DNA of 59,660 nucleotides, counting the filler, from Porpidia crustulata (lineage: Eukaryota), in the NCBI GenBank assembly GCA_964255105.1. It is 9 parts of 9 records of this genome, joined end to end, with 100 filler letters (N's around TTAATTAATTAA, not from the genome) between each part and the next. Parts side by side here need not be neighbours in the genome. Positions count along the whole stretch, not along the records: positions 1 to 6,557 come from CAXUWE010001509.1; positions 6,658 to 13,214 come from CAXUWE010001510.1; 7 more parts are not named here. The stretch is one strand, 5' to 3'. The translations under genes were made by a program, and so were the position numbers. Shown piece after piece: positions 1 through 10,951 of this stretch (its first letter is position 1; the number at the start of each line of letters is the position of its first letter). The notes beneath the pieces are model-generated. The model did no database searches, had not been told where the DNA came from, and was given only the letters and a program-made list of their open reading frames with translations.

Positions 1-964
1 GCCGGTGTGTTGAGGACTTATCGATTTCATCCTCCCAGGTAGTCCTTGCGGCGGAGGTGGTGGTGGCGGCGGCGGAGCCTTGCCTCGCCGTTCGTCACTG
101 ACGCCATTAGTGGAGACTTCGCTCGAACTGCCAAATGAATCTCCGCCTGCTTTCTTTTGTTCAATATAGTCCCTGATAAAGTCGGAATTGTCTGCTATTT
201 GGTCCTCAGTGATACCCATCTCTAACAGCTCGGCTAGAACACCCTTGAAAGAAGGGTCAGTACTGTCCAGAGATGATCTTCTGCCACGATTGGGACTTGT
301 CGGTGCCAGGCTGCTAGGTTCTCGGGGTGCAGGAATGCTCGGCTGAGGAAGAGACTGTGGTTGTGGTGGAATCACATTTGGTGCCGAGGATGATCGTTGG
401 GTGTGTAGCAAAGATCCGATGCCTCCAAAACGGCTGTATGGTTTGCCATTTGACAAAGACCCTGCTGAATTCTGTGGCCCTAAACCCTGGAAGGGGTTTG
501 CTTTAGTGGCCTTGCTGGCATTCTTCTCCCGCTCGTCCATTTTCTTTTTGAACTGCTTGGCCTCTTTCTCGTCGACGAATGAAAGCCCTGCAAGACAATT
601 CTCGAGTTCGAATGAATGAAAAAAGATTCTATCCTGATTGTAGAGAAACGATTCATATATTTCTTGGTCCCAGATTACACCACGATGTGCACCCTAGCAA
701 TTTATCAGCGTATCAGCGCGACTAGTTCTCCTGGAGCAGAGGTAGATGACCTACCGATACATCTACGAGCTTGATCCAGAAGGTATTTCCTACGAGATCG
801 TTGGCCAGCACGGCCGCGCCTTGAAGGCCGGTGTAAACCCATCGCTGCCTATTCGGATAAGCTATGTAGAGCCTCGCAACAGCAACAGCTTGGATTTTGT
901 TGGCAGACTTAGGAACTGTCCTTTTGACAATTTCCTTGTCGGTCTCATTCAGTAGGGAGGGCAT
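1..964 (-). CDS. LAS17: WASP/Las17-family actin nucleation promoting factor (WH1 domain + Pro-rich region), 3'-partial; exons 964-755 and 693-<1
   Basis: MPSLLNETDKEIVKRTVPKSANKIQAVAVARLYIAYP...GAAVLANDLVGNTFWIKLVDVS splices (GTAGGT..CTAG) to GAHRGVIWDQEIY, a WH1/EVH1 fold; a Pro-rich stretch follows. Confidence 0.92.
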
Positions 965-1232
965 ATTGAATTCTTGGCCGTGTGAGTTTTCTTATAAATA
1001 GATTATCCCCCACAGTGAAATAAAATAGTCTGGCATTTAGCCTATCTGAGAGGCAGCCGAAGACTCACGCTATAGATTGTAATACTAAGGAGCCTATGAA
1101 GACTCATTGAGGTCTAGGCAAGTGAGTAGGCTTTGATGATCATATAAATTCGAGCGCTATGGAGTTCAGGAAGCTGACAGAATCTATCCCAAGATGCGGC
1201 CAACAAACGCGGGCCCGAAGTACGCTATACTA

Positions 1233-1366
1233 CTCGCATTCACCCTTCAACGGGACACACCCCTTAACGGGACACACCCCTTAACGGGACAACTAGGCCC
1301 AAATTAGCAAATATAACCCTAACCCTACGCCAACTGCTCCCCTGTCCCCTGAGGGGTGAATGCGCC
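1233..1366. mobile_element. ~134-bp MITE-like element with ~23-bp imperfect TIRs, TA on both flanks, internal 17-bp x3 repeat and telomeric hexamers
   Basis: Left end CTCGCATTCACCCTTCAACGGGACA vs reverse complement of right end GGCGCATTCACCCCTCAGGGGACA; TA at 1231-1232 and 1367-1368. Confidence 0.7.
1241..1291 (+). repeat. 17-bp tandem repeat x3 (CACCCCTTAACGGGACA)
   Basis: Units at 1241, 1258 and 1275; the first unit is slightly variant. Confidence 0.9.
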
Positions 1367-2036
1367 TACTCTAGCCGACACTTCAGCCGCGTGGCATTTT
1401 TGAAACCAGCTTTTCCTGTATGAAGCATGGTATATATGACTGATGGTGGAATTCAGGTTGCTGGAAAATCCTTATACTTCGAGGTTTACCGTGGATAAGT
1501 ACGACACATGCTCGGAATATACTATCATATTCCTTTGTGATCGCGATTACTGTGTCTTGGATTTGATTAGCATTCGGAGTCTCTTTCCGCCTCTTCGTCA
1601 CGATATCGGTAATTCAGTTTTCCTTGTGGAGCAAACCATGAATCTTTTGGGAAGAAAGGTTGGTTAAATACCTTCCTTTGGTCATCCATGGAGGAATCAT
1701 TATACTCGCTCATGTAGAGTATTAGAAGCGCTAGGATAATAAGCCGCAGCCCAGAATTTACGTTATAACATCTGTATTGGTCATCATCCAGGAGTCCTTG
1801 TCATTGCGTTCTTTGATGGTATGGAATTGGGCATCGATGTGGATGTGACATTTTTCAAAATTCCAGAACAGATTTGAAGTGTAAAGCTCATAGGCATGGT
1901 TGGATTTTATGTCCATTAACGTACGCACCAGTGGTATATCGCCCTATTGTTTGCACAACCAGCAGTCCTCTAATTTCCCCACCCATTAGCAAAGCCTCCA
2001 ATAGCATACAACGTCGGACACAGCACCACAATCTGA

Positions 2037-3257
2037 TCATAAAGTCACTTCATCGAAATTACCCTCGCCTGGCGTCCTCGACCCATCGCTGTCCTCCTTG
2101 GTATTGGTCTTAATTTCTTTAGGCTCTTGTTGGGGACTGGTGACCGTTGAGATCGTAGCCGGTTCTGAAATTCCATCTTCCTCCTCCTCCTTGACCTGTA
2201 TATGTCTTGGGACATCCTTTGCAGGCGGCTGTGGTCTTGAATCTTCGGCAGATGGAGAAGTCGGCATATTCTCAGGTCTAGGTGAAATAGTTCGCGTTGC
2301 TTGCTGCGATCTTGACGACTGATGACTGGGCACCGTTCGTTGGAGACTAGCTTGGCTGTCGTTATGCACCTGTTGCGATATTGGCCGCTGGTGCTGTTGT
2401 TGAAGCCCTACTCCTTGTCCTACTTGCCGTTGTTTAGGATCGGCATTCAGGTAGTAGCCTCGTACACCGACGAGTCTTCCTTCTCGTTCGCAGCCTTCCA
2501 CCCACTCGGGTCGCACTACGGGGATATTCTGCTCCAGCGCAGTCTCCCATTCCCGACCTCTCCCTTCCATGCAGACAAAGTGTGTTGTGTCGATCCTCAC
2601 AGTATCTACGATTCTCGCTCCTATTCTTTCGACCGCCCCTGCAAGGCTTTCTCTTAACGGTGCAGCCATTACACCAGGCGTGACGACAATGCCAGAGAGC
2701 TCGGTCATCTTATGTGTGCGAACAGGTAACTTCTCACTAGTATAGACGCCTGCACTTGTTCTAAGGACAAGGTGGAAAACATACTCGGTGTCGATAGCCA
2801 GACCACTAATCTTGGTAGTCGTATTTTCTAGCGGCCGGGGAATGTTTCCTGCCTTACTGCCGTTGCGGTACAAACTCAGGGAGCGGATTTCCGCAGTCGC
2901 AAGGCTGAGTGGCTCCCATTCTAGGACAACAGAAGTCTGTGTCGCGTTGCGACAATGGACAACAGGCGGGGAAGGGGATCGTAATCCGTAGGTATTGAGG
3001 ATCGAGGACTGCAGGGCAGAGAAAGACTTTTGGGCAGCGGTCTCTGAGGCATGGTTACGAGCAACAGTGATATCCACGATGCTGCCGGAAGATATAGAAG
3101 GCGGGAGGAGGATTGACGGAAACTCGATCTGAAATTATGAGCTTCTACATTGAGGATTGAAGGTTTAATGCCATGGAAAACCAACCAATCTTTTGTCTTC
3201 AGTGAGGAGTACTGCTACACCAGCATCGACTTTGCCAACGGTAAGTGAGATGGGCAT
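2037..3257 (-). CDS. CHS5: Chitin biosynthesis / exomer subunit Chs5 (N-terminal dimerisation, FN3, BRCT); exons 3257-3186 and 3128-2037
   Basis: MPISLTVGKVDAGVAVLLTEDKRL|IEFPS; FN3 (RNATQTSVVLEWEPL); BRCT (IDTTHFVC..VVRPEWVEGCE); acidic tail. Confidence 0.93.
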
Positions 3258-3973
3258 GTTTTGGTTGCTTTCGTAGCAAAGCCTTGAACGAGAGCTTGTC
3301 GTTATGTCCTGTTCAAGCCTGGAGCTCTAGCTTCTACGTAGCCTAACAAATACCTAGGCACTTAACGGACTACCAAAGGCTCACATACTCTACTCTCCAT
3401 GGTAAATTACCTTAGCTTCGTACTAAGGTAACGTGGCACGTGCGTGGGTAGGCGTGGTAGGTAATCCGCGGAGTCGGTGCTCGAGAGGCCAGTCCTGTTA
3501 GCCTCTTGAACCCTGTGAATGGCGCTTTTCGTGTAACACTAGGGTACCGTACTTTACGCAAAGCTGTAACGGTGCTCCTTACCTCCCCAAAACAAACAAA
3601 AAGCCTACGAAATGTACAATTTCGTCAGTGGCTTCAGTTGCCTTGCCCACTGTGCAATCGGACGTAGCTGCTGGTCGGCAAGGCCTTCCTCCGTATCAGC
3701 AACTGACGATCAAGAGACTGATGGTGTGACGACGAACATGAAGATAAAGCCCATCATTGGTGCTATGCCAGTCATTGGATTGCCATCCTGGCACAGCCGT
3801 AACGGCCAACCAATCCAATACGCACCCACAAAGTATATGAGGGGTGCCTGCCGTATGAGGCTGACAACGAAACTTAAGAAAATGCCCCGCGGCAACTTCT
3901 TTGTTTTTAAAATCGCTCTTATTCTCACAGCTTCTCTTATCCTAGCATCATATATGTCGGTCTAAGTACGAAT

Positions 3974-6279
3974 ATGTCGAATACTGAGAAGAAGAGCCCT
4001 TCACCAGGCTCCTCTACCTTTGGAGGTGGGACCGAGCAACACGAAAAGAAGAGTGACAGCGTTGGCGGCTATGCTGCCGACGCTGATGTTGTTCCACGGT
4101 CCAAACTCAACGCTCTATTCGAAAACCCGCTTGCAGGTATATCAGAGGAGCAGCTGTTCAAAGATGTAGATGACTTCTGCAACAAGTTCAACCTGATGGG
4201 CCACAATGAAGCTTTCCGTAAAGGAGCTTTGGTGGCTCAGAGTCCTCATACAGCTCAGGATATGGATTATCTTAATGATCAAGATAAGGCGGTCTTATTG
4301 AGAGAGCATACACACAAGTGGGACCAACCAAAGTCTCTTTACTATCTAGTCAGTGAGTACAGCTACTTTTTTTCACAGATGCATGAACAACCGAGGCCCT
4401 TCTAATCAAACGAACCTGAGGGTCTGCATGACCTTGACTAGATTACGGTCATTCCTGTTTGTTCCAAATATGTGAAACCGACATACGCTGATTATAATCT
4501 TCAGTCATGTGTAGTATATGTGCAGCTGTGCAAGGAATGGATGAAACGGTCAACAATGGGGCTCAAACCTTCTACCTAAAAGTAGGTCAGCTTAATGAGG
4601 TGCTCATAAGTAAATTGTTCGCTGACTTCATGTCACTGAAAACAGCGTTTCAATATATCGCCAGATCGCTTTAGCAAAACGATGGTCGACAATCTGACAG
4701 GATTGATAGTTGGCGCCCCGTACTTAGGTAAGATGCAAGAATGGTATGCTCACTCTCGTGTCACCTACCATGCTCATGAAATGCTACAGCCTGCGCTATT
4801 CTAGGGTGCTGGTTGACCGCCCCCCTGAATCACCTCTTTGGACGAAGAGGAACAATCTTCATTTCTTGTTTCATCGCTGCTGTTGCATCCATTTGGGAAG
4901 GCTTCTGCAATTCATGGGTCAACCTGTTTATAGCTAGATTTGTCCTTGGCCTTGGAATTGGCTCAAAATCAACCACGGTCCCGGTATATGCCGCTGAATG
5001 TTCTCCTCCACTCATTCGTGGTGCTCTTGTGATGATGTGGCAGATGTGGACCGCATTTGGCATTATGTTAGGGAACATAATGGGTGTGGCATTTCTAAAT
5101 GTTGGCCATGACCTCAATTGGCGTCTTATGTTGGGCTCGACCGTTGTCCTGCCTATCATCGTCTGTTGTCAAGTCTACCTTTGTCCAGAAAGCCCTCGGT
5201 GGCTAATCAAGAAGAACCGAATTGACAAGGCCTATGAGGCTTTCAGACGCCTTCGACCTTCGGATCTTCAAGCTGCTCGTGATCTGTACTACTGTTACGT
5301 GAACGTCGAGATCGAGAGGAAGGTTTCGCATGGTAAGAATCTGGTGTGGTGAGTAGTTCTCCAGCTTGCCTTCGCCTTTAGATACTAAGTACGTTCGTAG
5401 GGAGATGTTTTCTGTACCAAGAAACCGACGGGCAGCATTTGCGAGTTGGATTGTCATGTTCATGCAGCAGGTAAATGTTGTCTATCAGGACTTTACCTGC
5501 ACACACTGACGTGTCTAAGTTTTGCGGCGTCAATGTTATCGCCTACTATTCGACTACAATATTCCTTGAGGCCAATTTTTCGGTGTCTAGTGCACTATTG
5601 GCTTCAATGGGCACTGGCATATTAAACTGGGTGTTCGCTTTACCTGCATTTTTCACCATCGATACCTTCGGGCGCCGAAACCGCTTGCTGTACACGTACC
5701 CATTTCTCGCCATCTTCTTGTTCTGGACCGGATTCAGCTTCTGGATCAAGCAGCTCCGGCCCAACAGGATAGCCATGGTCACGACAGGAATGTATCTCTT
5801 CGAGGTTTTCTACTCGCCAGGCTCGGGACCGGTACCATTCACATATTCCGCTGAAGCATTCCCCCTGCACATTCGGGAAGTAGGGATGTCATTTGCTACC
5901 GCAACGACATGGTGTTTTAACTTTATCCTGGCATTTACCTGGCCGTCGCTATTAACCGCCTTCAAACCGCAAGGGGCTTTTGCATTCTATGCTACTTGGT
6001 GTTTGATTGGCTGGGTGGCGGTACTGCTATTTGTCCCAGAGACCAAGGGTAAGCTTTCCACCCACGGAACAACACAGTCTGGCTTTTGGCAACCACTGAC
6101 TAAGTTCTACAGCCCTTACTTTGGAAGAACTCGACCAGGTCTTCAACGTTCCTACTTGGAAGCACTCTTCATATCAGCTCAAGAAATTGAACCATGGCTT
6201 CCGCACCAAAGTCTTGCGTCAAAGACTTGACCCAATGCCTGCGTTCTACGAAGGCGCTGAAAATCTCAACGGCAAGTGA
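3974..6279 (+). CDS. MFS sugar/polyol (myo-inositol-like) transporter, multi-exon
   Basis: Sugar-porter motifs AAVQGMDETVNNGAQ, FGRRGTIF, ARFVLGLGIG, PESPRWL, QQFCGVNVIAYYS, IDTFGRR, PETK|ALTLEELD; six introns reconstructed; stop TGA at 6277-6279. Confidence 0.92.
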
Positions 6280-6557
6280 TGTTTCAACAGACGGGAATGG
6301 TTCCATGGTCAAACACTTGCGTTTGGCGTTTTCGGCTTTGAATTATCAGTACGTCCTGCGGCGTATCTTGTGGTTTTGGGTAGCCATACATTCATTCATG
6401 TTGATTCTACAATGTATAAATAGAGCGCTATTCTATCGTTTGAACCCGTGAATAGATGATTAGGTAGCACCTCATCAGTGATTGGCTCGTCTCCCCAAAA
6501 TTGCCGCAGCATGTCATCCTTCGGCATGACGTAGACCTACCACGATACTTTTACCTC

Positions 6558-6657
6558 NNNNNNNNNNNNNNNNNNNNNNNNNNNNNNNNNNNNNNNNNNN
6601 NTTAATTAATTAANNNNNNNNNNNNNNNNNNNNNNNNNNNNNNNNNNNNNNNNNNNN
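6558..6657. other. Artificial contig-joining spacer (N44-TTAATTAATTAA-N44); repeated at 13215-13314, 19865-19964, 26509-26608, 33147-33246, 39781-39880, 46410-46509 and 53037-53136
   Basis: Identical 100-nt spacer eight times, with stops in all six frames; genes are cut at the spacers; contig lengths fall from 6557 to 6524. Confidence 0.98.
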
Positions 6658-7275
6658 GAGATGGTTGGGAAGGGGGGGGTGTACGTGGGAATAAAACGTT
6701 CTTCCAGGGTGACGAATTTGGAGATTAGGGAGATGAGGGCTTGAGGTTCGATGGTCGGGAGGGCGATGCGCGAGGCGGATTTGTTTAGACGAGCCATATT
6801 TCTATCGGGTCTGAAGAGCCGGATTTGACCTTGAGGATTTTTGTAGGCCTTCATGCCTTCAAAGCACTCGAAGGCATAGTGGAAGACGCACGTCGCAGGG
6901 TCGAGGGAGAGATTTTGGTATGGAGTTATTCGTGGGGGGAGCCAGCCTTGGGAGGTGGTCCATTCTACAGAGAGCATATGGTCTGTATTCTCTTATGTCT
7001 TAGTTATGGTAGGATTTTGGAGGGGAAGGGAGCTTGCCGGTGAATGTGCGGCCAAAGACGAGTTCCTCGGGTGGGACGAGCTCTTTTGGGGTAGTGGTCT
7101 TAGTGATTGAGAGTGCGGAGGGATCTATGCCCGGGAGTTTAGCAATTGCGTCTTCTTGCGATTGTATGCTGTATGATCGTTGGCACTGCCATTGCGTCCT
7201 AGGCTTTTGAGACAGCGCCGCTCGAGGGGTGGATAGACAAGATCGGGTCGCCAGGGCAAGGCGGTGTTTAGCCAT
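6658..7275 (-). CDS. BAT1: Branched-chain amino acid aminotransferase with probable mitochondrial presequence, 3'-partial
   Basis: [56 protein letters not shown]...[16 protein letters not shown]; Arg/Ser-rich N-terminus. Confidence 0.92.
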
Positions 7276-8141
7276 TGAAGTCCCAATACACTCGAACAAG
7301 GTGGGTATAATTTGTAGGTTATCAATCGTAACAATTTATGAGTCAATGCCGAGAATCGGAGCTCTCGCGGATCGTACCCGGATAGAAACGCGCGAGTAAA
7401 CTTTTAATCGCTAGATCCGCCCAAGACTCTACACGAATACTCACCGATTAAACCGCAATCAAGTTCGCCAATACCTTCCCATCCAATACCGTAGGCACAT
7501 CACAAGTTCCTCCGTCAATAGAGAATTCGATATGTCTAATTATCTATTCAAAGGTATAGCGTGTAACTCAATACAATCGATAATACTGATGTTTTGACAT
7601 TGTACGAGGCGTGGTCTAGGGAGGGAGAGGGGAGGGCGAAGGGAGAGAGAAAAGGACCTTTGCGTGGTTATGCTGGGTCATTGACTGTCGCTCATACAGC
7701 AATTTAAGTCACCGGTAGAAGGGGTTAGAGGTTGAGATTCTTTGAAAGTTTGAGGTTTTCCTGCTTGTCCGCTTTGTTATTCCACCGCAGCATTCGAGCA
7801 GCTCAATGGAATAGTCATTCAGTTACCTGGCATTGATGTAACCACTTTGTACCCTTGGTGACATCGGATTCCATCTCAGCCGTTGCATTGCGAGAACGTA
7901 TCAGGTATTACATTGGACGGTATATAAACAAATACCAGCGAGATTGACAGAGGAGGACAAATGCTATGATCCGCAAAACATGATTTGATGACTTTTGATA
8001 GATTCCCCTTTCCAGTCTGTAAAGTAACATTCTCCTTCCAAACCCTGCTAGAAATCATCAACGTCCCCCTCCTCATCTCACCCTACCTCCACACGAACCC
8101 GGGACAAAGACTACGAATTCCCTTCAAACACCAAACCCAAC

Positions 8142-9752
8142 CTACTCGTCCGCTCGCCGATCGACCCAATCCCCACTGTGATCCGGCTGTTTTACCACTT
8201 CGGTCTGCTCAGCTGTCAATGCGACGCCCGTCCGTCGGCTCGCCGCCACAAGAGCCGCCTGGCGATCCCTCTGCCTCCACCATGCAACCGCATCAGCTGC
8301 GGGAATTGAACTCGCGGTGTTGTGTAGCCAGTCGAAGAGGCCCAGGGTTCCAAAATTGACAGCTTTGGTGGGGTCGAAGGCGCGTTCATGGTGGAGGTCT
8401 GGGGGGGATTTGGGTATAAGCTGCTGGGATGGAACGAGGGGTGTTGATATTGAGGGGCAAGATTGTAATACTGACCATGTTTGCCTGGGTCGTTCCAGCG
8501 GGATCGGTAGCCGGTATGTGCGAGGACGGAGCTGGCGGTGGCGGCCATGAGCCAGACGTACAGGGTCAGGAGGTGGGTGGCCCAGATGTGTTCGACTCCC
8601 ATAGCTTCGGCGAGGAGCTGGGTGAGGAGAGGGCCAATGACAGCCTGGGTAAGAATAAGTTGGTCCAATGATCGGTAGAAGTGGGATGATGCTTCAGGGG
8701 GCTTACAGGACCGATGTTGAAGAAAATCTGTTCCCAAGGGGAGCAATACCACGCGGCTACTCCGAGCTGAGCTTTTGACCTATGGTGGGCTTTGTGGGTG
8801 TTTTGGAGTATTCGCTGGATAGTGGTTGCGATTGGAGTGGGGAGGAGTCGGTAATGGATGGCCTTGTGGGATTTTGGGGTGTGGGCGATCCAATGTGGAT
8901 AGAAGTAGAAGAAGTCGTTGCAGGCGTACCATGCCAGGAACTGTACATTTCAGTATTGGGAAACGGTGTCTTAGCTAAGAAGGCTATCAGACTTACCTGA
9001 ATAACTGGGACGTAAGATCTTGGAAGATCGAGAATGTTGTGAGAATCCAGCTTTGTTTGGAGCAGGAGCATCCATAAGCCAAGGAGTACGCCAAGAGATA
9101 TCAACTGCGGTAAAATTAGTGGTTCATATTTATTAAGCAAGGCCCCTAAGATACCAAGTTGAAGCCCACAGTCTTCAGTATCCGTGTGAATTGCTTAGCG
9201 TCATCCAAAGCACGATAGGTCCGCTTCTGCAGCTTGTGACTGAGGTAGGCACTGGTATGGTAATAACTGATCAGTCATGCGTGAAAGATGACAGTCTAGG
9301 TGATCTTGACTGTAAACCCGTGTAACGAGATTACCCACCTGTGTCTGGACTGGTGTATATGAAAGATGTAATCTAGCCATCTTCTAGGAAGGACTCGACC
9401 AATTGAAGAAGCCTTGGCCATATTCAGATACTCTTGGAGCAACTCCGGCTTCCAGTGATATAGCTCATGACGCAACGAAAGTACCGATACCCTGGAAACT
9501 GCTTAGAGAATATTCCACATCCGCTTCTGGATACACTGACAGAATGTAAGTTGTTACTGAGAGAAAACCTGGTACAACAACACCGCGCCAAAGGCTGTAG
9601 GCGTCTAATTCAGGAGAGTCTAATTTCGTAGCGTGAGCGACATGAGTTTCTTTGAAAGATTCTCTAAAACTTGTCGATAGATTCAAGAAGGAGGGCCAGT
9701 ATCCAATAGTCCCTAACGATTGAAAATGAGGAAAGGTGTCAGATGGATCCAT
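8142..9752 (-). CDS. Fatty acid hydroxylase / sterol desaturase superfamily membrane di-iron enzyme, multi-exon
   Basis: Spliced frame gives His boxes DFFYFYPHWIAH, HKAHH, HTGY..HDLHH and NFGTLGLFDWLHNT; six GT-AG introns reconstruct an open frame; start codon tentative. Confidence 0.8.
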
Positions 9753-10951
9753 TTGTGAATTACTGGTTTGGAATTTGAAATACCATAGTTGTTGTGTATG
9801 ATAAGCAGGGTTTGTAGCATTATGACTGGTTTCAATCTTAGTGATCCATAAACTTGATGTACATTCATAACGTACGTATAATCTTGACCAGCCCAATCCT
9901 TGTCACCATGTTCTCTGGCGCTCTCTGTAATTTGAATGTCCATTTCTTTTCTATCTCATCCGCAGCAGCTTCATTGATTTGCGGGTTAATGTCGGGCATT
10001 GATGTCTTCTTTATCCTGTTCGTCTCTGACCTAACAGACTGCCTAAGTCTCACGTTGGTTCTTCTTCTACGTGTGAGCTTGCACAGTAACTTGATCACAG
10101 TGATTGGTGATAATTGTGCGAATGATTGGACTTAGATATCCTTCAACATTTGCGATCGATTTCTTTGGGAATGGGCAAACTCTCTCAGTTCTGAGTTGGC
10201 AAAGTATTTTGAAAATTCCGGAAATAAACTAAACCAGGCTTGAAAAATGAAGTCCTAGAGTAAGTGTGTGGAAATCTAGCAATACAAATAAGAGAGCCTT
10301 GACCACAGTAAGGCTTCAACAGCCTCATCCTCAGGTTGAGCGCATCGACCATGAAGTCATGCAGGGCGCACGTCAAGCTAGGAAGTGCCCTGATATGAAA
10401 GCCTAGCGGTCTGAATGCAAGGTGGCGACAGCTATCACTCGAATGGAATACATGAACAAGGAATAATTATCAAAGGTTAGTGAACGAGACGACAGTCTGA
10501 GCAAGTCCACATGATTTCAAAGCCAATGGCAGCCCGGGACGAAACAAGGCAAATCTTCCTAAGTGCACGACGGGCTATGGCATCACACAGCCTCGCAGCC
10601 AATTCTTGAACGGTGATCTTGGCACAGATTTCCATGCGTATATCCGCACACAGGACTTGGAATTCGTCGTTCACCATTTAATTGATGTTCTGATGGTATT
10701 TTGTACCCCCACTCCAGATCGTTAATTCCGAGCCCATAGGGCTGCTGACTAGTCCATATTTGGATAGGAAGCAGCTGCCGGGCAGCTTCAGACCTCCACG
10801 ACACATTTCTATGTTCATGTCCTGTAACGAGCAGGCACCCAACCATACTCGGATCCAAGAGCCATATCCTACTGAGCTATCGCACATTTAATTGAATGTG
10901 CACGCCTCTTCTTCAATTACTTCTCTGGTCTTTCCGCAAAGTTTGGCCGCA

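Noticed and set aside
1314..1327. TAACCCTAACCCTA as a chromosome end or telomerase RNA template
   Set aside because: Only about two units, inside a TIR-bounded element in a ~1-kb intergenic gap; no supporting structure recognised
6602..6613. Regularly spaced TTAATTAATTAA as a biological repeat, CRISPR-like array or piggyBac TTAA site
   Set aside because: Always centred in 88 Ns; it is a synthetic six-frame-stop linker
9860..10890. Several short minus-strand ORFs between the hydroxylase and SCY1 genes
   Set aside because: No recognisable motif and no consistent spliced model; may be a decayed gene but cannot be supported
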